From Patescibacteria group bacterium (GTDB lineage Bacteria; Patescibacteriota; JAQUNI01), in the NCBI GenBank assembly GCA_028717685.1, contig JAQUNI010000001.1:481094-545093 (forward strand): a stretch of DNA of 64,000 nt. The letters run 5' to 3'. Both the position numbers and the translations under genes were made by a program. Within the stretch, counting starts at the first letter, position 1. The number at the start of each line of letters is the position of its first letter. The notes below the pieces were generated by a model. That model was not told where the DNA came from, did no database searches, and saw only the letters and a program-made list of their open reading frames with translations. Of the stretch, positions 38,049 through 46,346 are shown piece by piece.

Positions 38049-38588
38049 TTATCCTTCCGCTGCCGCCGCTCCGGCAGGCAAAACCTCTCTCTTTTTCTGC
38101 CAAATTTTAAAACCTTTCTTTATCGGCAGTACGTTATCCCGCACGATTACTGCCTCTTTTTTCAGAGCGACTACCTGATCCTTATGAATGATGAGCTGTC
38201 CTTTAAGCATATTGGCAAGCAAACCTGTTTTAACATAATATTTGACCACTTGACCGTCAAGATCATCAAACTCAAAATCCCTGATTTCGCCCAGAATATC
38301 GCCGCTCTCCGTCACGGCTTGATTTTTTAAGATTGCGAATTTCTCCCGGTCTAACGCTGAAACATGAGCATCTTTCTCAATCGGCGCGATGGAATTGGGA
38401 AAAGCCGCAATTTTATTATCCGCGATATTTTTAATATTAGAGAACAAGATATAACTCTCTTTATTGATCTTGAAAGCATATATTCTTCCTGTTTCCCTGA
38501 CAATAAAAAAGCCCTTAACTATTCCTTCAAAGGGTCCCGCAGAGTCTTCAATCTTTCGGTTCAAAATTTTTTGGGCGGATAAAAGCAT
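38049..38588 (-). CDS. PRC-barrel domain protein (YlmC/YmxH-like, two barrels)
   Basis: Repeated G.V.D...D...G.I pattern of PRC barrels; conserved position next to jag/yidC. Confidence 0.45.
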   Translation of the reverse strand: MLLSAQKILNRKIEDSAGPFEGIVKGFFIVRETGRIYAFKINKESYILFSNIKNIADNKIAAFPNSIAPIEKDAHVSALDREKFAILKNQAVTESGDILGEIRDFEFDDLDGQVVKYYVKTGLLANMLKGQLIIHKDQVVALKKEAVIVRDNVLPIKKGFKIWQKKREVLPAGAAAAEG

Positions 38589-38758
38589 AGTGAAAAAATT
38601 AACCTAATTATTCTAATTAACCTAATTGACCTAAATAAATCAGGAATACCCAAATCCCAATGAACAAAATTAATTATCAAGTAAGAATTATTGGGTGATT
38701 CAAGATTTGTTCATTGTTTAGAATAATTAGAGCAATTAGAATAATTAGAAATTTTCAT

Positions 38759-39271
38759 TTACTCTTCTTTCGGCTTGATTATCACGCGCCTTTCTTCCAG
38801 TTCGCCTTCGCTTTCCGTGACTACCTCATCGCTATCCGCCAAGAAAAGATGAATAATTCTGCGCTCATAAGCAGGCATTGCTTCCAAAATAAGGGGCTTT
38901 TTAGTTTTAGCCACTCGCTCCGCGGAATCCTGGGCTAATTTTTGAAGGTAAACCATCCGATTCTCCCTATATTTATTCACATCTAAGATGAAATTGACAA
39001 TTTGATTAACCTTGCGCCTCACCGCCAATCTCAATAAGTGCTGCAACGCGTTTAAATTAGAACCTCGCTGTCCGATTAAAAGATTGGGGTTCTCTTTATT
39101 CTCAATATTAACCCAGATTATATCCTCGTTGTCCTGATCCACAATTTTCGCCCTCACTTTGCCGGAGAGGGACATCTTTTCCAGCAACCCCTCTGTAAGC
39201 CCGCAAATCACTTCAATAATTTCGGAGTTATTCACTTTCGAATGAGAACTTTCTAATACTTCTTTTTGCAT
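38759..39271 (-). CDS. jag: Jag/KhpB R3H-domain RNA-binding protein
   Basis: KH-like + R3H block (IGQRGSNLNALQHLLRLAV...ERRIIHLFL); syntenic downstream of yidC. Confidence 0.8.
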   Translation of the reverse strand: MQKEVLESSHSKVNNSEIIEVICGLTEGLLEKMSLSGKVRAKIVDQDNEDIIWVNIENKENPNLLIGQRGSNLNALQHLLRLAVRRKVNQIVNFILDVNKYRENRMVYLQKLAQDSAERVAKTKKPLILEAMPAYERRIIHLFLADSDEVVTESEGELEERRVIIKPKEE

Positions 39272-39417
39272 ATTTTTGGCGTTAATCTTGATAAATCCCG
39301 CAAAATTTTAATTCGCTCTATAGACCTTTTGTAAGACAACCTTTTCTGCTGCAATTAGCGGATTGCATAACGAAAAATTATCTCGCAAAAGGTCTTATTT
39401 AAAAAGCAAGAAATATC

Positions 39418-40167
39418 TTAAGAAACAGGGAATGATTCTTTGTCTTTATCTGAATCCTTTCTCATCACCAACCACTGTTGGGCAATGGAAAACAAAGTCG
39501 TCGCTACCCAATAAAGGGAAAGACCCGCGGGAAAACTTAAGGCAATAAAAATAGTTAAGACGGGCATAATATAAACCATCTGGTTGGTCATATTGGCGGC
39601 AATAGCGCTAAAATCATTACCGCTCGCCCGCGGCGCGGGCTTCTTTTTTTTCATCAGCATCCTGGACTGCCAGAATTGGGTCACGCCTGCCAAAATCGCC
39701 AAATAAACGTTCCTTGCTCCTAAATCTAAAAAATTTAAAAAGTAGGGATCTAACTTACCCGGATTATGGACAAAAGAGTATAAGAGCTTAAGCACCTCCG
39801 GATTATTGAGACCATCCCTTAAAACTTGATAAATCGCAATTAGGAATGGAAATTGAATCAAAATGGGCAGGCAAGAAGAAAGGGGATTAATTTTATTCTT
39901 GCGGTAAAATTCCATAGTCGCCCGACTCATTCCTTCCTTGTCGTTTTGATACTGCTTCTTGATTTTCTCAAGCTCCGGCTGTAAATCCTGCAAGGCTTTT
40001 TGCGATTTAACGGATTTCGCGGACAAAGGATAAAGGATGAATCTCAAAACAATGGTCAGGACAATAATCGCGATGCCCAAATCATGGCCTGGAATAATAT
40101 TATAAAAAAATACCAGCAGATTGAAAAGGGGTTGATAGAGAAGAGTACGAAACAAATCGCCGAGCAT
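39418..40167 (-). CDS. yidC: membrane protein insertase YidC/Oxa1 (short form)
   Basis: GIAIIVLTIVLRFILYPLS...EFYRKNKINPLSSCLPILIQFPFLIAIY matches the 60 kDa inner-membrane insertase core. Confidence 0.85.
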   Translation of the reverse strand: MLGDLFRTLLYQPLFNLLVFFYNIIPGHDLGIAIIVLTIVLRFILYPLSAKSVKSQKALQDLQPELEKIKKQYQNDKEGMSRATMEFYRKNKINPLSSCLPILIQFPFLIAIYQVLRDGLNNPEVLKLLYSFVHNPGKLDPYFLNFLDLGARNVYLAILAGVTQFWQSRMLMKKKKPAPRASGNDFSAIAANMTNQMVYIMPVLTIFIALSFPAGLSLYWVATTLFSIAQQWLVMRKDSDKDKESFPVS

Positions 40168-40200
40168 AATTTGGAATTATAAATTATGAATAGATAAGAG

Positions 40201-40443
40201 TTATCGCACAGGGTCGTAACCACCCTTGCTCCATGGATGACAACGGATAACCCTTTTCAGAGCAAGCCACGACCCGCGCAAAACGCCGAATCTTTGAATA
40301 GATTCGTGACCATATTCAGAACAAGTAGGGGTAAAACGGCAAAAGCCATAAGGATGGCGAAAGGCTGGAAAACCATGATCCGGAGAGAGGGTGATTTGAT
40401 ATAAGCGAATGAGCTTTAGAAGAAGAAAACGCATAAATTTCAT
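40201..40443 (-). CDS. yidD: membrane protein insertion efficiency factor YidD
   Basis: YQITLSP...[11 protein letters not shown]...[11 protein letters not shown] signature, 80 aa. Confidence 0.85.
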   Translation of the reverse strand: MKFMRFLLLKLIRLYQITLSPDHGFPAFRHPYGFCRFTPTCSEYGHESIQRFGVLRGSWLALKRVIRCHPWSKGGYDPVR

Positions 40444-40489
40444 TGTTCTATTGTTTCATTGCTTCATTGTTAAAGCAATAGTTTGGCTT

Positions 40490-40834
40490 TTAAGCCTGAA
40501 AAGTCCGGCTCTTGCAGAGTAAATTTTTTATATCTTCTTGAATTTTCTGGAAGTTTTTGCCAACTATAGCTGGCTGCGCAATGATGACCACATCATATCC
40601 ACCCTGTAAGTGATTTAAAAAAAACTTAACCGCCTCGCTCATTCTTCTCTTAATTAAATTGCGGCCGGTTGCTTTTTTAATCAATTTTTTAGAAATCACA
40701 AAGCCAAATCTCGCCACACCCCGATCATTTCTGACTATTTTAGCGATGAATAATTCAGATCTTAAACCCCAACCTTGCCTGAAAACATAATTAAAGTCTT
40801 TTTTATCCGTCAAACGATGTTCTTTAGGCAACAT
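40490..40834 (-). CDS. rnpA: ribonuclease P protein component
   Basis: L.K..RL....F..V......R......IARFGF.ISKK..KKA..RN..KRR, basic 114 aa, between rpmH and yidD. Confidence 0.85.
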   Translation of the reverse strand: MLPKEHRLTDKKDFNYVFRQGWGLRSELFIAKIVRNDRGVARFGFVISKKLIKKATGRNLIKRRMSEAVKFFLNHLQGGYDVVIIAQPAIVGKNFQKIQEDIKNLLCKSRTFQA

Positions 40835-40845
40835 ACGATTTATCT

Positions 40846-40980
40846 CTATTTGCTCAATCTTTTTCTGCCCTTACGGCGTCTGCGAGCCAATAAATTGCGG
40901 CCGGCGCCAGTTTGCATTCTTTTCCGAAACCCATGGACTCTCTTTCTTCTTTTTCTTTTAGGCTGATAAGTTCTTTTCAT
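40846..40980 (-). CDS. rpmH: 50S ribosomal protein L34
   Basis: [44 protein letters not shown] (44 aa); ORF-track start upstream is too long. Confidence 0.85.
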   Translation of the reverse strand: MKRTYQPKRKRRKRVHGFRKRMQTGAGRNLLARRRRKGRKRLSK

Positions 40981-41242
40981 AAGAAAAAATAAATCCAGCG
41001 CATTTCGGCGGGGCGTTAATTGCCTAATCACCGAAAAGATCGCAGCTTTCTGACGCCACCGAACAGACAGCGGAGCATTCAAAAAGGTGCTGGATAAAAA
41101 ATATTAATTATTAAATCCTCTTTCAAAAGTGTAACTGATATTACCCCCAAAGTCAAACTAATGTATTTTAACTTATTCAGCTAACTTTATCCCGCCAGAG
41201 AAAGCCCCGACGAAGTCGGTAGTGGAAAAAATATAGACGCTG

Positions 41243-41272
41243 ACCCTGTTAGAAATAAATTTCTAACAGGGT
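41243..41272. repeat. CCCCGTTAGA-family short hairpin upstream of dnaA
   Basis: accctgttagaaataaatttctaacagggt. Confidence 0.6.
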
Positions 41273-41299
41273 CTAATGGGGTTTACTAATTCACTCTAA

Positions 41300-41585
41300 T
41301 TTATTGCTTCCCCAAATATTCCACAGTTTATGCACACTTTATTAACATTCTAACATAACCCTGCTTGATAACGAGATGATTTTTTCAGATTAATGCCAAC
41401 ACAAACCCATTTTTCAATGATTAATCTTTCTGTTATCAAGATTTTCAATTTACTTGTGGATAAATATATTGTATTATTATATAATTAGAGTCTTAGGGGG
41501 GTTGCGCGTCTTTCACAAATAGAGCCCTTCGCGAAGGGCTCTATAAAGGATGTCGTTCGCGAACGACATCCTAAAATAAAAACAT
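41300..41585 (+). promoter_or_regulatory. dnaA upstream region with DnaA-box-like sites and two perfect palindromes
   Basis: TGTGGATAA at about 41453; TTATGCACA at about 41329; perfect palindromes agagcccttcgcgaagggctct (41521-41542) and ggatgtcgttcgcgaacgacatcc (41548-41571) 15 nt before the ATG. Confidence 0.5.
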
Positions 41586-43010
41586 ATGGATAATCAACAA
41601 ATTTGGCAGAATGTTCTCGGCGAATTAGAACTCTCCATCAGTAAAGCAAATTTTACTACATGGTTTACCAATACCGCCCTTGTTTCTTACAAGGATCGCC
41701 AAGCGCTCATCAGCGTCCCTAACCTCTTTACCAAAGAATGGCTGGAAAATAAATATCAAAAACCAATCTTGCACGCCCTAATAAACGCCGTTGGCGAACG
41801 CATTGAAGGAGTGAAATATGAAGTGAGGAGCCTCAAGGCACAAAACCCGCCCTTGCGGGAAAAGATGTCTCCAACAAAAGAGACATTTTTGGAAGATTTT
41901 AGTCCCGATGGATTTTCAGTACAAAAGGATCTTCCAGATAATGAGAATGGGGCATCTGCTCCTTTCAAACAAAACAGCGCCGCCCAGACCACAAATCTAA
42001 ATCCCCGTTATACTTTTAATAACTTTATTGTCGGATCAAATAACGAATTGGCCCGTGCCGCCTGTCATGCCGTCGCCTGCAACCCTGGCGAGACTTACAA
42101 CCCTTTATTTATTTACGGCGGCGTGGGTTTAGGGAAAACTCACCTTCTCCAAGCAGTGGGCAACGAAATCACGAAAAAATTCCACGACAAAAAAATAAAA
42201 TATATTGCCAGTGAAAGATTTACCAATGAACTCGTGCGGTCCATTGAAAAACACGATGTGGACTATTTTAAAGAACGATACCGCAATATTGATGTGATGA
42301 TTATAGATGACATTCAATTTATTGCCGGCAAAGAAAAAACCCAAGAGGAGTTCTTCCATATCTTCAATGCCCTCTATGGAGAAAATAAACAAATTGTCAT
42401 TTCCTCTGACCGTTCACCCAAAGCCATCCCCGCCCTGGAGGAACGTCTCTCTTCACGCTTTGAAGGAGGGATGATCGCCGATATCACCCCGCCAGACTTG
42501 GAAACCCGCATTGCCATTCTTAGAAATAAAGCTGAGAAAATGGGAATCACACCCTGTGATGAAGTATTAAATTACATTGCCATCAACGTTCAACGCAATG
42601 TGCGCGAATTGGAAGGGGCACTAAACCGAATTATTGCCCACTATCAGCTCCATCATCTGGAACTAACCCTGGAAAACGCGCAAAAAATTCTTAAAAATGT
42701 GATTAATACCCCAAGGTCCCATCTTATTTCAGCCAAAGAGATTATTGATTCGGTCATTCAATTTTACAACCTCGACGTTAAAGACTTATTAAGCGAATCC
42801 AGAAGAAAAGAGATCTCTTATCCGCGGCAGATATTAATGTATCTTTTAAGATCCGAGGCTAAAATTTCCTACCCTTCCATCGGGCAAGAATTGGGAGGAC
42901 GCGATCATACTACCGTGATCCATGCTTATAAAAAAATTAACGGGGAACTTGCTGAAAACGAAGAGTTGCGCCAAGAGATTGAGCTTATTAAACAAAGACT
43001 TTATAATTGA
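41586..43010 (+). CDS. dnaA: chromosomal replication initiator protein DnaA
   Basis: AAA+ Walker A GGVGLGKTHL, Walker B IDDIQF, C-terminal DNA-binding HTH (ELGGRDHTTVIHAY). Confidence 0.95.
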   Translation: MDNQQIWQNVLGELELSISKANFTTWFTNTALVSYKDRQALISVPNLFTKEWLENKYQKPILHALINAVGERIEGVKYEVRSLKAQNPPLREKMSPTKETFLEDFSPDGFSVQKDLPDNENGASAPFKQNSAAQTTNLNPRYTFNNFIVGSNNELARAACHAVACNPGETYNPLFIYGGVGLGKTHLLQAVGNEITKKFHDKKIKYIASERFTNELVRSIEKHDVDYFKERYRNIDVMIIDDIQFIAGKEKTQEEFFHIFNALYGENKQIVISSDRSPKAIPALEERLSSRFEGGMIADITPPDLETRIAILRNKAEKMGITPCDEVLNYIAINVQRNVRELEGALNRIIAHYQLHHLELTLENAQKILKNVINTPRSHLISAKEIIDSVIQFYNLDVKDLLSESRRKEISYPRQILMYLLRSEAKISYPSIGQELGGRDHTTVIHAYKKINGELAENEELRQEIELIKQRLYN

Positions 43011-43496
43011 CATTTCGCAAGAAGCAAATTTTAGAAATATCTGTACTTTATAAGCAGGCCTGCCGAAATTTTACAAAATGAAATCCAAGCTGATAAGTCT
43101 GGCTTCGCCAGACTCCAGCCCGAATGATCTTGGCGACCAGACAATTCAGATATTAAGGAAACATTCAGTCTATTCAAAGTCAGAAAACCTGAATAACTAA
43201 ATGATAAAATGGGGATAACATATTGAATAAGAGGTGTAAAGAGTGGTGAAAAACTAACCATTTATCCACAATTTTATTTACACAGAAAACCAACTACTAC
43301 CTTTTTGCAATATTCATCCACATATTATTCTTTCGCTGTTCGCTATTTATCCTCCGCCCGAAAAATGTCTTTCTACTGAACTGTTAGCTTATTTTCAAAA
43401 GAGTGTTACTTGCGGTTTGAATGTTATCAACAATATAATAATAACAATAATAATTAATTAAATATTATTAAATATTATTGTTATTAAATTTAATTC
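43011..43496 (+). other. putative oriC (dnaA-dnaN intergenic): DnaA boxes + AT-rich unwinding element
   Basis: Perfect TTATCCACA at 43263-43271; TCATCCACA about 43314; AT-rich run ataataataacaataataattaattaaatattattaaatattattgttattaaatttaa at 43430-43495. Confidence 0.6.
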
Positions 43497-44636
43497 ATGA
43501 AAATACTTTGCACACAGGAAAATTTAAATAAGGGGCTAACCGCAGTTAGTAAGCTGGCAATCCCCAATATTAATCTGCCGATTTTGAGCAATATTCTTCT
43601 GGAAACTAAAAATGGTCGTTTAAGATTGGCAAGCACTAATTTGGAAACGGGGATTAACTATTTTGTGCGGGGAAAGGTGGTGTCGCAAGGCAGTATTACT
43701 GTTGCCTCCTCTTTAATTACTAATTATATTAATTCACTCCCCGTGAATAAAGTAACTTTAAAGGTGGAAAATGATAATTTAAATATAAAAACCGCGTCCG
43801 ATAAAGCGGTAATGCGCGGTTTGCCAGCCTCGGATTTCCCTTTCCAGTATGCTTTAGTTAGTAAAATGAAAAAGGGGATAATGTTTTCCGTTAAAGAAAG
43901 GGATTTGCGATTCGGCCTTCTGGAGGTTAGTTTCGCGACGACGCAAGACGAGCTCCGTCCGGAAATTGCGGGTGTCTTTTTTAATTTTGGGAAGCAGGAT
44001 TTGACCTTGGTGGCAACCGACAGTTATCGTTTGGCAGAGAAATGTATAAAGTTTGAGCAGATGAATAAAGAAGCCGCGAAGGCTATTATTCCCTTGAAGG
44101 CGATTCAGGAGCTCGTTCATATTTTGGAAGACAGCGAAGAGATAGTGAAAATCTTTTTTGTGGAGAACCAGGTCCTTTTCCAATTTAGAGAAATTGATTT
44201 TACCGCCCGTTTGGTTGAAGGTCAGTATCCTGATTACAAACAAATCATTCCTCAAAGGTTGCTCTGCAAAGCGAAGGTGAAGACGCGCGATTTCGCCCAG
44301 GCAGTAAGGCGAGCGAGTTTTTTTACCGCCCGGGAAACCAATGATATCAGAGTTAAGCTGGACCCTAAAAGTAACGAGATTTTGATTTCAGCGGAGAGCG
44401 CTGGAATAGGCACTAATGAGTCTAGGGTAGAAGCCGAGGTGCGGGGCGAGCCTCAGGAGATTGTTTATAATCATCGTTACTTTTTAGAGGGTTTAAATAA
44501 TTTGCCTTCCGAAGAAACCATTTTTGAGACTAATGGGCCTGATGAGCCTGGAATTTTGAGGCCTGTTGATCCCGACGGCATGCCTGCCGGGCAGGCAGGT
44601 TCTTTTCTTTATCTAATTATGCCTATTCGGAATTGA
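43497..44636 (+). CDS. dnaN: DNA polymerase III beta sliding clamp
   Basis: Three-domain clamp architecture, 379 aa, syntenic after dnaA. Confidence 0.9.
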   Translation: MKILCTQENLNKGLTAVSKLAIPNINLPILSNILLETKNGRLRLASTNLETGINYFVRGKVVSQGSITVASSLITNYINSLPVNKVTLKVENDNLNIKTASDKAVMRGLPASDFPFQYALVSKMKKGIMFSVKERDLRFGLLEVSFATTQDELRPEIAGVFFNFGKQDLTLVATDSYRLAEKCIKFEQMNKEAAKAIIPLKAIQELVHILEDSEEIVKIFFVENQVLFQFREIDFTARLVEGQYPDYKQIIPQRLLCKAKVKTRDFAQAVRRASFFTARETNDIRVKLDPKSNEILISAESAGIGTNESRVEAEVRGEPQEIVYNHRYFLEGLNNLPSEETIFETNGPDEPGILRPVDPDGMPAGQAGSFLYLIMPIRN

Positions 44637-44710
44637 ATTCCGGAAATTAAGAAGCAGGAATTCCCGCAAGATCAGTGTTCCTGATTCCTGATTATTTCTG
44701 ATTCTATTTT

Positions 44711-45856
44711 ATGCGCCTGAACCATCTAAAGTTAGTTAATTTTCGCAATTATGACAGTTTAGACATAGGGACAAAAAAGAGGGTGATTATTTTAGTTGGC
44801 GACAACGCACAGGGCAAGACTAATTTTTTGGAGGCGGTTTACCTTTTGGCAATTACTAAATCTTTTCGTTTGAGAAGCGACGCGGATTTGGTTGGCGAGA
44901 AAGATGATTTTGTTCGGATTGAAGCAGAGGTTGTAAGTCAAAACCGAGATTCTAAAATAGAGGTTGTTCTTAAAAAACAGGAGAATCGGGGTAATATTCA
45001 GAAAATAATTAAGCTTAATGGTCAGATGGCGCCTGTGCGCGCGATTTTGGGCGCTTTTTCGGCAGTTTTATTTTGTCCGGAGGATATCAATTTAATTAAA
45101 GCGGTGCCTGGCGCCCGCCGCCGTTTTTTAGATATCGTGGCCTGTAAAGTAAATTCTACCTATTGCGAGACATTGATGGGATACAATAAAATTCTGAAGA
45201 ATCGCAATCAAGTTTTGTTGCGGATCAACAGAGGAATTGGAAATCATGAAGAGCTGATTTTTTGGAATAATGAACTTACGCAAAAAGGAAGTTTCATTAT
45301 TAAATTCCGCCAGAATATGGCGCAAAGGCTGGCCTCTTTAACTAAGATTTATTACAACAAAATTGCCAAAAGAGTTGAGACCGCATCGCTGCCAGAGTTG
45401 AGTCTGCATTATCTGCCCTCATTTCATATTCCGCCTAAACTAGACGAGGAGGCAATTAGTTTGAGATTCCGTGGCGAACTTTTAAAGAGGGAGGAGGTGG
45501 AAATCGCGCGTCAGCAGACTTTATCCGGTCCGCATCGGGATGATTTCACTTTTATTTTAGGTCGGAAGAATATTGTTTTCGGGGGTTCGCGGGGCGAATT
45601 TCGGAGCGCCATTTTGTCTCTTAAGCTGTCGGAATTGGATTTTTTAAAAGAAAATTTGGGGGAACGGCCAGTTTTGCTTCTAGATGATGTATTTTCTGAA
45701 TTGGACCGGGAGCGGAAAAGAAGGATAGCGGCATTAGTGAAAAATCAACAGGTTTTTATCGCGACTACCGACCTCAAAGAAATCCCTCCTGAACTCAAGA
45801 AAGAAGCTTTAATCTTAAAAGTAGAAATGGGGCGGATAAAGACCGCAGTTATGTAA
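44711..45856 (+). CDS. recF: DNA replication and repair protein RecF
   Basis: N-terminal Walker A (LVGDNAQGKTNFLEAV), C-terminal LLLDDV Walker B/signature. Confidence 0.9.
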   Translation: MRLNHLKLVNFRNYDSLDIGTKKRVIILVGDNAQGKTNFLEAVYLLAITKSFRLRSDADLVGEKDDFVRIEAEVVSQNRDSKIEVVLKKQENRGNIQKIIKLNGQMAPVRAILGAFSAVLFCPEDINLIKAVPGARRRFLDIVACKVNSTYCETLMGYNKILKNRNQVLLRINRGIGNHEELIFWNNELTQKGSFIIKFRQNMAQRLASLTKIYYNKIAKRVETASLPELSLHYLPSFHIPPKLDEEAISLRFRGELLKREEVEIARQQTLSGPHRDDFTFILGRKNIVFGGSRGEFRSAILSLKLSELDFLKENLGERPVLLLDDVFSELDRERKRRIAALVKNQQVFIATTDLKEIPPELKKEALILKVEMGRIKTAVM

Positions 45857-45938
45857 CTTATAACTTGTAACTTGTAACGCAAGAACAATGTAACTTGAGT
45901 TATAAGTTATAAGTTATAGGTTACAAGTTATAAGAAAT

Positions 45939-46241
45939 ATGTTTATTCCTTTAAAATCTGTTTTGCCTCAGATTACCAACAGGGTGGGCATCAGTGTGGC
46001 AATAAAAGAAGACCAGATTCCATTGGCCTATAAAAAGGTTGTGGAAGAGATTCTTAATCAAAAAGCCGCGAGCGCTTCGCGGGTTTTATTTTTGCACCAT
46101 AAAATTTTGACCATAGAGGTGCCTTCTTCAGCATGGGCTTGCCAATTGCAATTCTCCCAAGCGGAAATTGTGGAGCAACTCAACACATTATGCGGCAGAG
46201 AAGTAGTGGAGAGGATTATATTCAGGGTAACTGGTAATTAG
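45939..46241 (+). CDS. DUF721/DciA-like small protein (recF-adjacent)
   Basis: 100 aa; position after recF as in the Gram-positive dnaA-dnaN-recF-DUF721 arrangement; weak motif similarity. Confidence 0.55.
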   Translation: MFIPLKSVLPQITNRVGISVAIKEDQIPLAYKKVVEEILNQKAASASRVLFLHHKILTIEVPSSAWACQLQFSQAEIVEQLNTLCGREVVERIIFRVTGN

Positions 46242-46346
46242 TGTTTAAGTAATCAGTAATCGGTAACTAGTAATCAGTAATTTTTGCCATTTAACCACGC
46301 ACCTGCCTTTCACTTTTTAAAAAAGGTGTGGGATAGTGCGGGGTTT

